The notes under the pieces were generated by a model that was not told the DNA's origin, made no database searches, and worked only from the letters and a program-made list of their open reading frames with translations. Positions 26,539-39,538 of a stretch of DNA of 64,000 nucleotides are shown piece by piece. Position numbers and translations under genes: made by a program. The number at the start of each line of letters is the position of its first letter. The first letter of the stretch is position 1. This DNA is from Malacoraja senta (lineage: Eukaryota), in NCBI GenBank assembly GCA_038087875.1, contig JAXLNO010005841.1, forward strand, positions 1,302,001-1,366,000, in the 5' to 3' direction.

Positions 26539-27387
26539 GTTGGCGGCGCGACTCACGTTGCAGCGGCCTCTGCAGTCCGTCTGTCTTTTTTTTCCTTTTT
26601 TTTTGTTTCGTTTGAGTTTTGTACAGTGTGTTTTTTTTAACTGGGTGTGTGTGTGGGGGGGGGGGGCGGGGGGCGGGGAAACTTTTAAAATATTTTCCCT
26701 GCACGAGAGACCCGACCTTTCTCTCTCGGGTCTCCGTTGTCGTTGGGGCCTAGCACCGTGGAGCGGCCTCCAACCTGAACGACCTGGGGCTCCAGTCGCG
26801 GAGCCTGCGGACTATCACCATCGTGGAGCTGACCGAGTTCGGAGCGGGAGGAGCTATGGTGGCGCGGTGCTGCTACCCGACCCCGGAGATTCGGAGGCTT
26901 CAGCCGCAGGTCTGGTGGATGGTAACTTCGGGAGCTCGCGGGTCCATGGTGGGAGATCGCTTTTCGGGGTTCGCGCAACGGCGGCTACTCCCGCCCGAGT
27001 TGCGGGGTTGAGGATGACCTGGAGCGGGGTCTGGCATCGCCCGGCACGGCATTGGTGGCCGTGGGACTTGCTGGCGCTACCGGGGGCTACAACATCAAGA
27101 TCCGGAGCGTGGCCTTGCATCGCCCTGTGCGACTTTAATGGCCGCGGGACATATCTACAATCGCCCGCCGGGGGCTTTGACTTTGACTTTGAGAATGTGG
27201 AGTGCAGGGGAGAGATAAGACTTTGCCTTCCATCACAGTGAGGAGGAGATTCACTGTGATTGATGTTTGTGCAAATTGTGTTGTGTCTTGGTTCTTTTTA
27301 TTTGTTTGTATGACTGCAGAAACAGAATTTCGTTTGAACTTAGGTTCAAATGACAACAAATAAATATCTATCTATCTATCTATCTAT
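26539..27387 (+). mobile_element. Non-coding GC-rich retroposon-like insert, copy A
   Basis: Interrupts the L1 frame FLPQ|MLYLFQSIP; ends in AATAAA and (TATC)n; possible CAAA TSD. Confidence 0.85.
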
Positions 27388-28651
27388 CAAATGTTATATC
27401 TATTCCAGTCAATACCGATATACTTACCAATTTTTTGTTTTTAACTGGATGCTGATATTACAAATTTTATATGGGACTATAAATCCCACAGAATCCAAAG
27501 AAGACATCTGTGCAAACCTAAAGAATTTGGCGGATTATCGCTCCCTAATTTTATAAATTATTACTGGGCCACAAATGTCAAAAATATGATTCACCTGTTG
27601 GACAATTCGGCCCAGCAGGTGGATCGGATAGTAATGGAGAGAGAGGATTGTTCCCATTTTAATATAGGAGCGATCCTTCTCTCACCAACAAAAATGAAGA
27701 ATACAATATACAGTAAAAATCCAATTATTCATAGTACAATTAGAATTTGGAAACAAATAAAATTAACTTTAAAATTAAGAAATCAATCACTTCTCTCACC
27801 TATAATGAACAACCCTTCGTTTAAACCTTCTATGATAGATAAATCGTTTATAAATTGGGAAAGTAGGAATTAAAACGTTTGGAGATATGTATGATAATGG
27901 AAGTTTTTTTTAACATTTCACCAACTACAACTTAAATACAACTTGAGTAGTAATCAATATTTTAAATATTTTCAAATATGTGAGTATTTGAAAAAATATA
28001 CACGAGAATATCAAAATATGTCTCCAGACCTATTAGACGAGATAATGAATATAAAAGCGGAATCAACTAATTTAATAACATACCTGTATAATACCATTTT
28101 AAACATAGACATTCCATCACCTGATAGGATTAGAAGAGATTGGGAACAAGAACTAGCTATAAAAATCGCGAAAGAGAGTTTGGATAAACACCTGTTATAT
28201 GTGCATAAATGCTCGATTAACGTAAGACATAATCTAATTCAATTTAAAATTGTACATAGATTATACTATTCAAAAGCTAAATTAAGTAAATGTTACCCAA
28301 ATGTCTCTTCTATCTGTGATAAATGTCTAACCCAAGAAGCAACTATAACACATTATTTCGTTTTTTGTATAAAAATCCAAACATTTTGGAATGAAATCTT
28401 TGAAATTTTCACGAAATTATTTAAAATAAAACTGAAACCGAATGCAGAACTGATCATTTTTGGAACAATCGAAGCCAGTTTGGAGCTGACTTCGTTTCCA
28501 AGGAGCTTTCTTAATTATGGCTTAAAAACGGCAAAAAAACATATTGAAATTTTGAAAAAACGCTTCCACGCCAACGACAAAAATGTGGATTTCTAATATG
28601 TCGGAAATGTTACACCTAGAAGATATGAGATTCCTCTTAGCAGGTAAACCA

Positions 28652-31600
28652 AATCAAATCAAATCAAATCAAATCAACCTTTATTGTCATCTTGCAAGCA
28701 ACAGTTGTACAGTGCAAAATGAAAAGACGTTTCCTAGGGAATACCGGAGCATCGCACATGAAATTTAAAACATTTCACACATAATAACACTAAAAACAAT
28801 CCAGTCCCTGATGGAACAGTATAAATAGTTAAAAGTAGGTAAAAAAACGTTAAAATACAGTAAAACCAATCATAAACATATCCGGGGTGGCTGATTTGAG
28901 TGGCCAGTGCCAGTTATTGAAGTGGCCGGTGCCAGTTATTAAAGTGTCCGTGCCAAGCCACAGAATCAGAGTGGCTCTTTAGCATCCTCACAGCATATGG
29001 CAGGAAGCTGTTTAGCAGTCTTGTAGTCCGGGCTTTGATGCTGCGATATCTCTTGCCTGATGGCAGGAGATCCAGGTGTATGTGGAGGGGGTGCAGTTTG
29101 TCCTTAGCAATTTTCTGAGCTTTTTACCGACAGCGGCTCTGGAACAGTTCTTGTACCGAGGGTAGGGAGACGCCAATGATCTTCTCTGCTCCCCTCACTA
29201 CCCTCTGCAGAGCCTTCCTGTCCGAGCAGTTGCAGGTGGAGTACAGGCTCTGTCTCACGGTGTTGCGGTCATCGGCGGTGAAGCGCGGCTTCGCCTGTAG
29301 AGGGGACCGCACGGCAACGGCGAGAGCGCCGAGCCTATGCCACGGGAGCGCCGCACGGGTGCTGCGCGGGGGCCGAGTGATTTAAGTACGGCTGGTCCCA
29401 CGAGCTTGCGGTAAGTGAAAAAAAAGGGCGGGCCGACTGCGATGACGTCATTTTGGATCTGCGGGGCTGTGGCGGCGGCCGTCCTGATCGCGGCGCTGTA
29501 GCGGTGGCTGTGGCGGCGGCCGTGCCACACACGTGACTCACTAGCGGCGGCTGTGCTGATCGCGGCGCTGTAGCGGTGGCTGTAGCGGCGGCCGTGCCGC
29601 ACACGTGCCTCACTGGCGGAGGCTGTGGCGGTGCAAGTTCGACGCACGGCGCTCGTGCCACACGGGCGGCGGCTGTGGCGGCGGCCGTGCTGCACTCGTG
29701 CCTCATTGGCGGCGGCTGTGCGGTAGGGACATATTTTTGAACATTGTTGGTTTTATTTTAGCACCGTGCAGTGTTGGGAACAACGCCGCACGGCCCCGGA
29801 ATTGTGCGTTTGACCGAGTGCGCGGTCTATGGCGGCCCAGGAGCGGTAGATGCTTCCTGTTTCGCCGCCAATGACCGCAGACTCGTGAGACAGGCCTTTA
29901 CCACGTATTTATGCAGTACGTGAGTACAGACTCCACCGTACCCCTGTAGAAAGTCCTGAGGATGTTGGTGGGGAGTGAGGCCTGTTATAGTTTCCTCAGG
30001 ATGTGCAGTCGCTGATGGGCCCGTTTGACGGTCCCAGTGGTGTTCCTGGACCAGGTGAGGCTGTCTGTAATTTGCACCCCGAGGTACTTTATGCTCTCCA
30101 CTCTCTCCACTGTGGCGCCACTGATGTTAAGGGGTGCATGCTTTGGCTGCGCCCTCCTGAAGTCGACAACCATCTCCTTTGTTTTGTCGACATTTGATTC
30201 TAGATTATTTTTGCCGCACCAGTCCACTAGTTGTTTTACTTCCTCCCTGTACATTGATTCATCATCTCCGCTGATGAGTCCCACCACTGTTGTGCCATCC
30301 GCGAATTTTATGATCTTATTGTCCCTGAATCTGGCAGCACAGTCATGTGTGAGCAATGTGAACAACAGCGGGCTGAGCACACAGCCTTGAGGGGAGCCGG
30401 TGCTCAGCGTGATCGGGCCTGAAGTGTTCTTGCCCACACGGACTGACTGCGGTCTCTCTGTCAGAAAGTCCAAGATCCAGTGACACAGGGTGGTGTTGGC
30501 CCAGCAGGGTTAGTTTCTCCACAAGTCTCTGTGGGATGATGGTGTTGAACGCTGAACTGAAGTCAATGTACAGGATTCTGGCGTATGTGTTTCTGTTTTC
30601 CAGATGCGTGAGCACTGTGTGCAGCGTGGTAGAGATGGCATCCTCTGTAGAACGGTTGGGGCGATAGGCAAACTGGATGGGGTGTAACGATGAGGGGAGG
30701 CTGGCAGTAATGTGGGGTTTCACCAGGCGTTCAAAACACTTCACTATTATTGGGGTCAGGGCGACAGGGCGGTAGTCATTTAGGTAGGCAACAACTGGTT
30801 TCTTCGCTATGGGGATTATTGTAGACGTTTTGAGGCATGTGGGGACAATGACTGAGGGAGATGTTATAGATGTCTGTTAGCACATATGCTAACACCTCGG
30901 CACATTCTTTAAGCACACGTCCTGGGATGTTATCGGGTCCGACTGCTTTCCACGGGTTGACCTTAGACAGGATTCTGCGTGTGTCCATCGGGTCTATGGT
31001 CAGGACTGGCTGGTCGGTTTGTAAGCAGGGGCTGGCTCTCCCCTTGGGTGTGGTGTTTGCTGCATCAAAACGAGCGAAGAAGTTGTTCAGTTCATCTGGG
31101 AGAGAAGAATCCGTGTCAGTTACGTGCTGCCTTGCCTTGTACCCCGTCAGTGTTTGGATTCCCTTCCACATCCTCCTGGTGTCTCCTGTGTCACAGAGGT
31201 GTCCCTGGATTTTCCCCGCGTAGGCACGTTTCGCTGCCCTGATTCCTTTTTCCAGTGCAGTCCTGGTAGGTCGAAGAGCGGCTGTGTTACCGGCTCTGTA
31301 GGCTGCATCATGAGCCCTCAGCAGCGAGCGCACCTCTGCTGTCATCCATAGCTTTTCGTTTCCACGTGCAGTGAAGGTTTTCATGATGGTGACATCCTCG
31401 GTGCACTTGGCAATGTAGCTGGTTACAGTCTCTGCGTACTCCTCGATGTTGATGAGGTCATCATAGGATGCCGCTGTCCTGAACACATCCCAGTCAGTGT
31501 GCAGGAAGCAATCCTGCAGTGCTGAGGCTGCTCCCTCTGGCCAGAGCCTGGTGTGTTTTCTCTCCGCTCTAGCTTGTTTCTGCAGAGGTCTGTAGGCTGG

Positions 31601-31678
31601 TGTTAAAAACACTGAAATGTGGTCCGAGTGGCCCAGGTGAGGGCGTGGGGCTGCCTTGAAAGCCTCCGGGGTGTTGGT
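28652..31678 (-). mobile_element. Rex1/Babar-clade LINE, 5'-truncated
   Basis: [33 protein letters not shown]; (GATTT)n tail; 8-bp GTAAACCA duplication (28644-28651 and 31679-31686). Confidence 0.9.
29245..29898. mobile_element. PIF/Harbinger-like MITE (654 bp)
   Basis: Imperfect TIRs of about 30 bp, AGGCTCTGTCTCACG.. / ..CGTGAGACAGGCCTT; 3-bp TAC TSD (29242-29244 and 29899-29901); removing it restores the Rex1 sequence. Confidence 0.8.
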
Positions 31679-34600
31679 GTAAACCAGACCAATTCCAAAA
31701 GATTTGGTCTCCATTTATCGACTTATTACAAATATAGGGTGCAACAAAATGTTGATAATAAACGGTTTCAGGATCTGGCGAGGGGTGAGTAAAGATATGA
31801 AGTAGGTACATCCCTTTTATATTGTCCTATCTTATCTTACTTTTTCTTTTTTCTTTTTCATGCTTTTGGTTTTTCCCTTTTTTTTAAAACTATCTCTTGT
31901 GGTTTAGGTCCATATGGGTGTTCCTGGACCACTCTTTCAATCACTCACTTACTATCTTTACTAACTCTTTCTATCCTTTCTTTTATTAAAGTTTAAAATA
32001 AGAAGTGGTACAAGAAAAGTATAACCTTATGTTTATTGGAGATCACTGTACTGTACAATACTTCTAATAAAAAAATAATAATTTACAAAAAAAGGAATTA
32101 GAAGAACAAATATGCCAGGAGATTGCAGACAGCTGTAGGTCAAATAAGGTTGTTGTAGTCGTTTTTTTAAAAACTTTACCAACATTGACTGGGTAACATC
32201 ACAAAGGGAAGGGGTTGGATGGGGTGAAATTTCTCAAAAGCGTTCAGGATGATTTCTGAAGCAGTATGTCGAGCCCCCCCACACATGAGAGAGTAAAACT
32301 GGATCTAGTATTGGGAAAATGGGAAGGGCAAGTTAATGAGTTGAGTTTGGAGGAGCCTTTTGGGACCAGTGACCACAGTTCGATTAGGTTTAAGATATTT
32401 ATGGATAGGGATGGAAAGGGCCCACGTGCTAAAATGCTCAACTTGAGTACGGCCAAATTAGAGGGTATGAGAGAAGGTCTCGATCAAGTTGCCTGGAGCA
32501 GGTTATTTGAGGGGAAACGAAATATCGGCCAAGTGGGATGTTTTTAAAAATGCGCTGACAAAATGTCTGGATGTGTACGCAGGGAAACGTAAGGTAGCTT
32601 TGCTGACGAGGATGATTGAGGTATTGGTCAAAAACAAGAAGGATAAATAGGACAGGTATAGGCAGCTGGGATCAAGTGCAACACAGGAGGAGTTTCGGGA
32701 ACAAAGGAGGTGCCATTAAGGACAATCACAAAAGATTTTATAAATACATAAGGGGGTAAAGGGTAACTAATGAGAAAGGGAGTGGGACCTCTCAGGATTC
32801 AAAGCGGTCACCTCTGTGTTGAGCCACAGGGGAAGGTCAAGGTCCTCAAAGAGTATTTCTTCTCTGTGTTTAACGAGGAAATTAAAGACTGTAAAACGGA
32901 GGAACTTGGGGCAGTCAATGGAAGTGTCTTGAGAGCAGTCATTGTTACCGTCGAAAAAGTACTGAAGGTACTTCATGTAAGAATGTAGATAAATCTCCTT
33001 GGCCTAAGCAGATATCCCCGTGGACATTGTGGTACACTGGAGGCGAAATTGCGGGAGCCCTTGTTGAAAATTATGTCGTCCTTAAATATAGGAGAGGTGC
33101 CGGAAGACTGGAGGGTGGCAAATGTTGTGCCTCTATTCAAGAAGGGCTGCAGGTAAAATGTTGGGAACTATAGGCCGGTGAGCTTAATATCTGTAGTTGG
33201 AAAGTTACTGGAGAGTATTCAGAGGAATAGGTTGGTCAGGCATTTGGATGGGCAAGGGCTGATTATGGATAATCAGCATGGTTTTTTACGTGGGAGATCG
33301 TGATTCATAAATCTGATTTATTTCTTTGAAGACGTGACCAAAAGGTCGATGAGGGCAGAGCTGTTTTGTTGTATAGATGGATTTCAGTAAGGCGTTCGAC
33401 AATTTTCTGCATGGTTCCTGCTTTGGAACGTTAGATCGCATGGGATCCAAGGAGTGATGGCTGAATGGATAGCTACTTGGCTTCTTAGCAGGAAGGGGAG
33501 GCTGATGGTGCAAGGTTGCTTCTCAGACTGGAGGCCTGTGACTAGTGGTGTTCCTCAGGTTTCGGTGCTGGGCCCATTACTTTTTGTCTTCTATATCAAT
33601 GATTTGGATGAGAACATACAGGGCAAGATTAGCAAGTTTGCTCATGATACAAAAGTGGCTGGTTTTGCAGATAGTGAAGATGGTTGTGAAAGATTGTAGC
33701 AGGATCTTGATCGATTATCCAGGTGGGCTGAGGAATGGTTGATGGAATTTAATAGAGAGAAATGTGAGGTGTTGCACTTTGGGACGTCTAACAACGGCAG
33801 GACCGACACGATGAACGGCAGGTCTTTGGGGAGTGTTGTACAGCAGAGAAATCTAGGAGTATTTGTACATAGTTCCTCCAAAGTGGCATCTCAGGTAGAT
33901 ATGGTGATCAAAAAGGTGTCTGGCACATTGGCTTTCATCAGTCAGATCATTGAGTATAGACATTGGGAGATAATGTTGCAGTTGTATAAGACGTTGGTAA
34001 GGCCGGATTGAGAATATTGTGTAGTTTTGTATACCGTGTTAGAGGAATAATTTTGTCAAGTTGGAAAGGGTGCAGCGAAGATTTTCGAGGGTGTTTCCAG
34101 GTCTCGAGGGCCTCAGCTATTGGTAGATGTGTTGCATGGTAGGTCTCTGTGAAGTGGTATAGATCAGAGGGATCCAGGAGTGCAAGTGCATGGTTCCTTG
34201 AAGGTCTAGTCGCAGGTAGATATGGCAGTCAGAAATGCTTTTGACACATTAGCCAACTGCAATCAGTGCATTAAGTATAGAAGTTGGGAGGTCATGCTGC
34301 AGTTGTATAAGACGTTGGAGAGACCGCATTTAGAATATTGTGTTCAATCTGGGCACCAGGTTATAAGAAATATACTGTCAAGCTCGAAAGGGTTCGGAGA
34401 AGATTTAGGAGGATATTGCCAGGACTAGATGGTCTCTGCTATACAGAGAGGTTGAGTAGACTGTGTCCCTATTCCTTGGAGCGCATGAGGATGAGGGGTG
34501 ATCTTATTGAGGTGTATAAAATCATGAGAGGAATTAATTGGATAAATGCACAGATTCTCTTGCCCAATCGACGACGAGAGGACATAGGTTCAAGGTGAAG

Positions 34601-36026
34601 GGGAAAATATTCAATACGAATCTGAGGGGTATCGTTTTCACACAAAGGGTGCATGGAACAAGCTGCCAGGGGAGGTAGTTGATGCTTGGACTATCCGAAC
34701 GTTTAAGAAACAGCTAGAAAGGTACATGGATAGGACAAGTATGGAGGGATATGGATCAAGCACAGACAGGTGTGACTAGTGTAGCTGGGACAAGTTGTCC
34801 GGTGTGGGCAAGTTGGGCTGAATGGCCAGTTTCCACACTGTATCGCAGTTTGGCTCTGTGAATCTAGCAGATAAATAAATTTGAGTTTTAATTTACACGA
34901 GAACAGCTGGGCTTGGACTGAAATAATCGTCTTGTACCTGATCGATTCCCTGATGGAAGCAGGTTTAACCTTCAATACCCAGCAAACTAATGAGCCACAT
35001 ATGCCGAGAGGAGAGGGTAAGGGCGTGGTGGCAGCAGATGGGCGCCTGGCGCAGACATGGACAGCTGGAGTTATACTTACACACGGCCTGGCCCACATTG
35101 AGATTTGCAATGGTTTGATTTTTCTCATATTCTGAGACTTCAAAGACATGTTAATTACTGCAGCAACTGTTGACCAACAATCTCATCATGATTGTTGCAT
35201 GAAATGGAAAAAAAGTGGCCGAACTAGAGCTCTTGTGTGTTTCCTGTTTAAGCTGTTTGATCCTGTCCGTGAGACCTCGGTAAATGGGTTCACTTCAACG
35301 ACCAGGGTGGTTCAAATGAACGGCGAGCTGATGTATGGAAATTAAACTAATTTACAGAGTCCTCCGTTACGTCCTGTTTACTCGTTCATCGAGACCTTGT
35401 AGGATAGGCGCCAACGCCAGTACCTGATCGAGAGCAACAGCAACATACAACCCAATCCAACGCCCAGAGACATAGTCACCCGTGGAAGCTGTGGGAAGGT
35501 CTGCTTGACATGCTGAGTCAGCCATAGCAGACGATGCAACTGATAATATCAGCCATTTTGGGTGCTTGACAAAATGGAGGATTTCTGCTTCTGTAAAACC
35601 TGCTTTTATCTTTTGCAAAAGCTGTAAAGACCATGTCCATAGCTCCAGAGAGACTCTAGCCTGGGACGAGGTTGAATAAAGTTTGATGTCCAGATGGCCT
35701 TTAATTGTTAATATGCATGATGTTTTGCAGAAGGAGCTAGGTCCTGAAGCAAATGCATGCCTGGAATTGGTTGGGAAATGAAAGGTTACATTAATGTTGC
35801 GGTCTTTGTTGCATGGTATTCGCGCCGTTACTTGTAATTGGTCAAGAAGAGGGGACTTGCCCAAACTGTTTACTTTACCTGGTATAATGTTTCTTTACTG
35901 AGTAGAATTGTTTCCCACTAAGTGTTTTCTATCGAAACTATGTTATGTGATGTTTTGTGTTTGGGTTATGGAACTGTCATTTAATGTATTTTGTAATCCT
36001 TATTGATAATTGGCTTGTAGACCTAT

Positions 36027-36155
36027 GGAGGTAGTTGATGCTTGGACTATCCGAACGTTTAAGAAACAGGTATAAAGGTACATGGATAGGACAAGTATGG
36101 AGGGATATGGATCAAGCACAGACAGGTGTGACTAGTGTAGCTGGGACAAGTTGTC
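36027..36155 (+). repeat. 129-bp local direct duplication of 34671-34799
   Basis: 127/129 identical by direct comparison. Confidence 0.95.
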
Positions 36156-37297
36156 AGACATGAGCAAAGCACGATGCGCCAGACTGGACAAGGGCGCCAG
36201 AACCGGATTATCCATGTTACCCTGATGAACCACCTCATTAAGAATTAATTTCACCAAGACAACACTGGAAAGGGAATAGAGGATTGGGACCAGACCAATG
36301 TTATCCTTGCGGTGAACTAGGTCACTGGAGTAGGGAGTGCCCGACACGAAAACGACATGTATGAGGGGGCCAACAGAGATAACAGAGAGATCAGAGAGAG
36401 CAAAGAGGGAACTGGCAAATAAATCAGGGGCAGAGAAGACAAACACACTTCTCCCAAACGTATCCATTCTCACGATCCTGATTAGCGAGTCTGTCCAGAT
36501 TTAAGGGACAAGTTTGCCAGCACCCTATCTCTAAGCCAGTTGAAGTGGTGTATCGGAGCAAAGCAGTAAAACATACAGGCGTAGTAACCACTGAAAATTA
36601 TGCAAGAAAAGAGTCACTGGAAAAACACCGCAGAACTATTGAAAAATAGTAGCCACCGCCATGTTTCCCTGAAAGCACATTTTGAAGTGGGCAAAGTGGT
36701 AGAATTGGATGCTTGCTTTAATTGTGGTTAGCGAGGCCCTTCGCAGCAAGGAATACCCGTCACGGAGACAAAAAATTGACTATAACAAGAGCAAAGGGAA
36801 TGCTACAGAGGGGAGACACAATAACTGCTCTTAAGATGACTCGTTAAAAAATTGGAATGTGAACATTTTGGCACTGGTAACAGGACAAGAAGGAACAGCA
36901 GAGTGCGTTAAAATACCGCTAGACATATGGAAACGAGCTTCAGAGGTTGCTCAACACATCACGAGGAAGGTGAATTTTCCAGCAAGTGCGAAAGACTTGG
37001 GAGCAACGGTAAAGAAAGCAATTGATCTGGGAGATCCGAATATATATGAAGAACAAAACATGTCTAACCAATGTACTGTTAAGTTTAATCAGACCCCGAG
37101 GACAGTTGTTGCCCAGCTACGCCAGAATCTGGGGACTGAGGTATGTGAGTATGTGGACCCGAAAGTGTGGGCAGAAGTTGCAACTCAGGTAGGATGTTTT
37201 CGCATTGATCACATCCAGGTAGCTCTTCAGAAAGGGGTGACACTGTCATCGACACAGCAGTACCCATTGAAACAACAGGCAATTCCTAATATAGACA

Positions 37298-37399
37298 GGT
37301 AGACAAAAATGCTGGAGAAACACAGCGGGTGAGGCAACATCTATGGAGCGAAGGAAATAGGCAACGTTTCGGGCCGAAACCCTTCTTCAGACTATACTG
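37298..37399 (-). mobile_element. 102-bp Penelope terminal unit with hammerhead motif, inserted in ERV pol
   Basis: 12-bp TSD CTAATATAGACA (37286-37297 and 37400-37411). Confidence 0.88.
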
Positions 37400-38164
37400 C
37401 TAATATAGACAAGCTGATTCGGGGAATGCTGGAACAAGACATCTTAGTGAAATGCCAGCCCATTTACAACACACCAATCGTTGCGGTGCCCAATGCAGGG
37501 AAAGATGGCCAGTACAGACTGGTTCAGGACTTAAGATCTGTCAATGAAGTGGTAGAATCGCTCCATGCCTTGATACCAAATCCGACTCATATTTTAGTTT
37601 TGATTCCAGCTAAAGCGAAGGCTTTTTTTAAATTGTAGACCTGCAGCATACCTTATTCTCATTACCTCTCTACAGAAACAGACAGTATTTATTTGCCTTT
37701 ACTTACAGGGGACAACAATATACGTGGACAAGACTACGTCAGGGATTCATGAATTCGCCTACCTTGTTTTCTCGATGGCTTCAAGGACAGTTAAGCACCT
37801 TATGTTTTAAAAGGAAATCCACTTTAGTACAGTATGTGGACGACTTGTTAGTGACTAGTTTAAATGAGCAGAGCAACCGTGAGGATAGTGCTCAATTGTT
37901 GAACCTCTTGGCAACCTTAGGACATGTGGTCTCTCAGTCCAAAGTATTAATGGCTCAACAAAAATAAAAGTTTCTGAGAGTAATAATTTCGGCTACGGAG
38001 AGAAGTCTAGCAAGCAGTAGACTTGAACGAATTTGCGAATTTCCTGTACCAAAAGAGGTGAAGCAGATGATACAGTGGTTCGGTATGGTGAATTACTGCC
38101 GATCCTGGATCGCTAATATTGCACCGGTCACCAAGGAATTGACTCCTTATACTAGCCTAGAGGG

Positions 38165-39538
38165 CAGCGTTTCCACACCTCAAAAAAAATCCTGAAATAG
38201 AATCCCAAATTTCCTGGAATCTTATGGTATTTCGTGACATTTTCAAAAATGCTTCCTGCGTGCTATTTGTTGTTGTTTTTCTTTCGTGGGCACACGTTAA
38301 CAACACAAAGAAGAACAAGGCAAAACACATCTATGCAACTGCACCGTATCTGCCTGCTTCTGTTACTCACTTCTGCAGGGCATAACATATGATGTAGCCT
38401 AGCCTGCATGGTATGCATATTGTGAGTTCAGTGCAGTATGTGCCTGGAATTAAGTGTCACAAATAACTCAATACAACAATCAATCAATCGAATTATTTAT
38501 TTGCCACAAGCACCAATAAAGGTACAGTGAAATGTGAGTTAACATAAGCCTCTAATTAGCCTCAAACTAAACGACTGGGTTGTGATGGCTCCCTCCCTCT
38601 CCCCTATCGCTCTACCCTCTCCCACTCCCCAACTCTTTTCCCCTCCCCTCCCCCTCTCCACCTCCCTCCCCTTCTCTCATCCTCTCCCTCCCCCTCTCTC
38701 TCTCCCTCTCTCTCTCCACTCCATCCCCCTCTCTCTCTCCCCCTCTGCCCTCACCCCTATCTTTCCCCTCCCCCTCTCTATCCCTCCCCCTGCCCCTCTG
38801 TCACATCCCCCCCTTTCCCGCTCTCTCTCTCTCTCTCCCTCTCACCTCCATCTCCCCCCCACCTCTCCCTCCCTCGCAGCTTTGGAGGGCACGCGGCTGG
38901 GGAGGCGGGAGCCCGGCCGGAACGGCGCCTGGTGTCGAGTCACGGCCGCTGCCAGGACTGGGTTCAGAATCAGTCGTTCCCGCTCCCGCTCGGGGACGGG
39001 AGAACGGTCTCCCCCGACCGCCGACAGCGAACCCGCTCCCTGGACGCTAGGCTGACCGGCGGCGAGGCTCCGATGGCGCGGATGGAGGCGATAGACCGGG
39101 CGGGCAAACACCGCAGCCCCGGGCCCGGAGAAGCGGGCACTCCTTTTTTTTTTACAAATCAGCCGCGGGCCGGATTGCACTGCCCCTTCCCCAACGCAAT
39201 ATCCCACGGCCCCACTCACCTAGACTAGGCACGAGGCGTCGAGGCGATGTATGATTGCGTGTAGTGAAAACGGTGGTGATCTGATCGCGCCGGGGCCCAC
39301 TGCGCACGCGCAGGGAGACGACGTCATTTGGCGTCCCTACCGCGGCACCGGCCTCCCCCAACTGCGCAGATGGTCGCAAATATTTTCCCCCAAATCACCC
39401 CCCGGGCCGGATACGTAAATTTCCCGAAATTTCCCCAAATTATTAAAATTCCCGAAATTATTCAATTTCCCTAAAAATACCCGAAGACAACCAGAATTTC
39501 TCGAATTTCGGGTAATTTCCCTCAAAGTGGAAACACTG
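38165..39538. mobile_element. hAT-like non-autonomous DNA transposon (1374 bp)
   Basis: TIRs CAGCGTTTCCAC / GTGGAAACACTG; 8-bp TSD CTAGAG(G/A)G; subterminal AATTTCCC repeats; removing it rejoins the ERV pol frame. Confidence 0.88.
38590..38875 (+). repeat. CT-rich low-complexity tract inside the hAT element
   Basis: Near-pure polypyrimidine sequence. Confidence 0.9.

Larger units (their letters stand above)
25174..32093 (+). mobile_element. 5'-truncated L1-clade LINE carrying nested inserts
   Basis: ORF2 motifs KTPGPDG, DAEKAFD, RQGCSLSPLLF and SLYADD; AATAAA 32066-32071 and an A-tail; 17-bp TSD GGAATTAGAAGA(G/A)CAAA (25157-25173 and 32094-32110). Confidence 0.93.
24455..34860 (+). mobile_element. 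Long CR1 LINE (ORF1 esterase end and ORF2) split by an L1 insertion at 25174-32093
   Basis: 24459-24677 encodes the SGNH-type ORF1 end (..KRDGWH..). The endonuclease frame YYRSPNNQPELEEQ resumes at 32094; RT remnants run to about 34860, possibly with a second CR1 3' piece after about 34140. Confidence 0.85.

Noticed and set aside
26540-27241. 233-aa ORF, and similar ORFs at 42668-43233 and 43660-44053
   Set aside because: These are stop-poor GC-rich retroposon interiors with no shared protein sequence between copies.
27232-27260. CACAGTG/CACTGTG heptamer pairs (also near 43252 and 43544) as RSS
   Set aside because: There is no nonamer at 12/23 spacing; they are the 3' hairpin of a retroposon family.
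29255-29874. Ala/Arg-rich ORFs
   Set aside because: They are a by-product of GC-rich tandem repeats inside the MITE.
35367-35864. 165-aa antisense ORF as a tyrosine recombinase or viral accessory gene
   Set aside because: There is only a vague GRW resemblance and no catalytic RHRY set can be identified; it is left unassigned.
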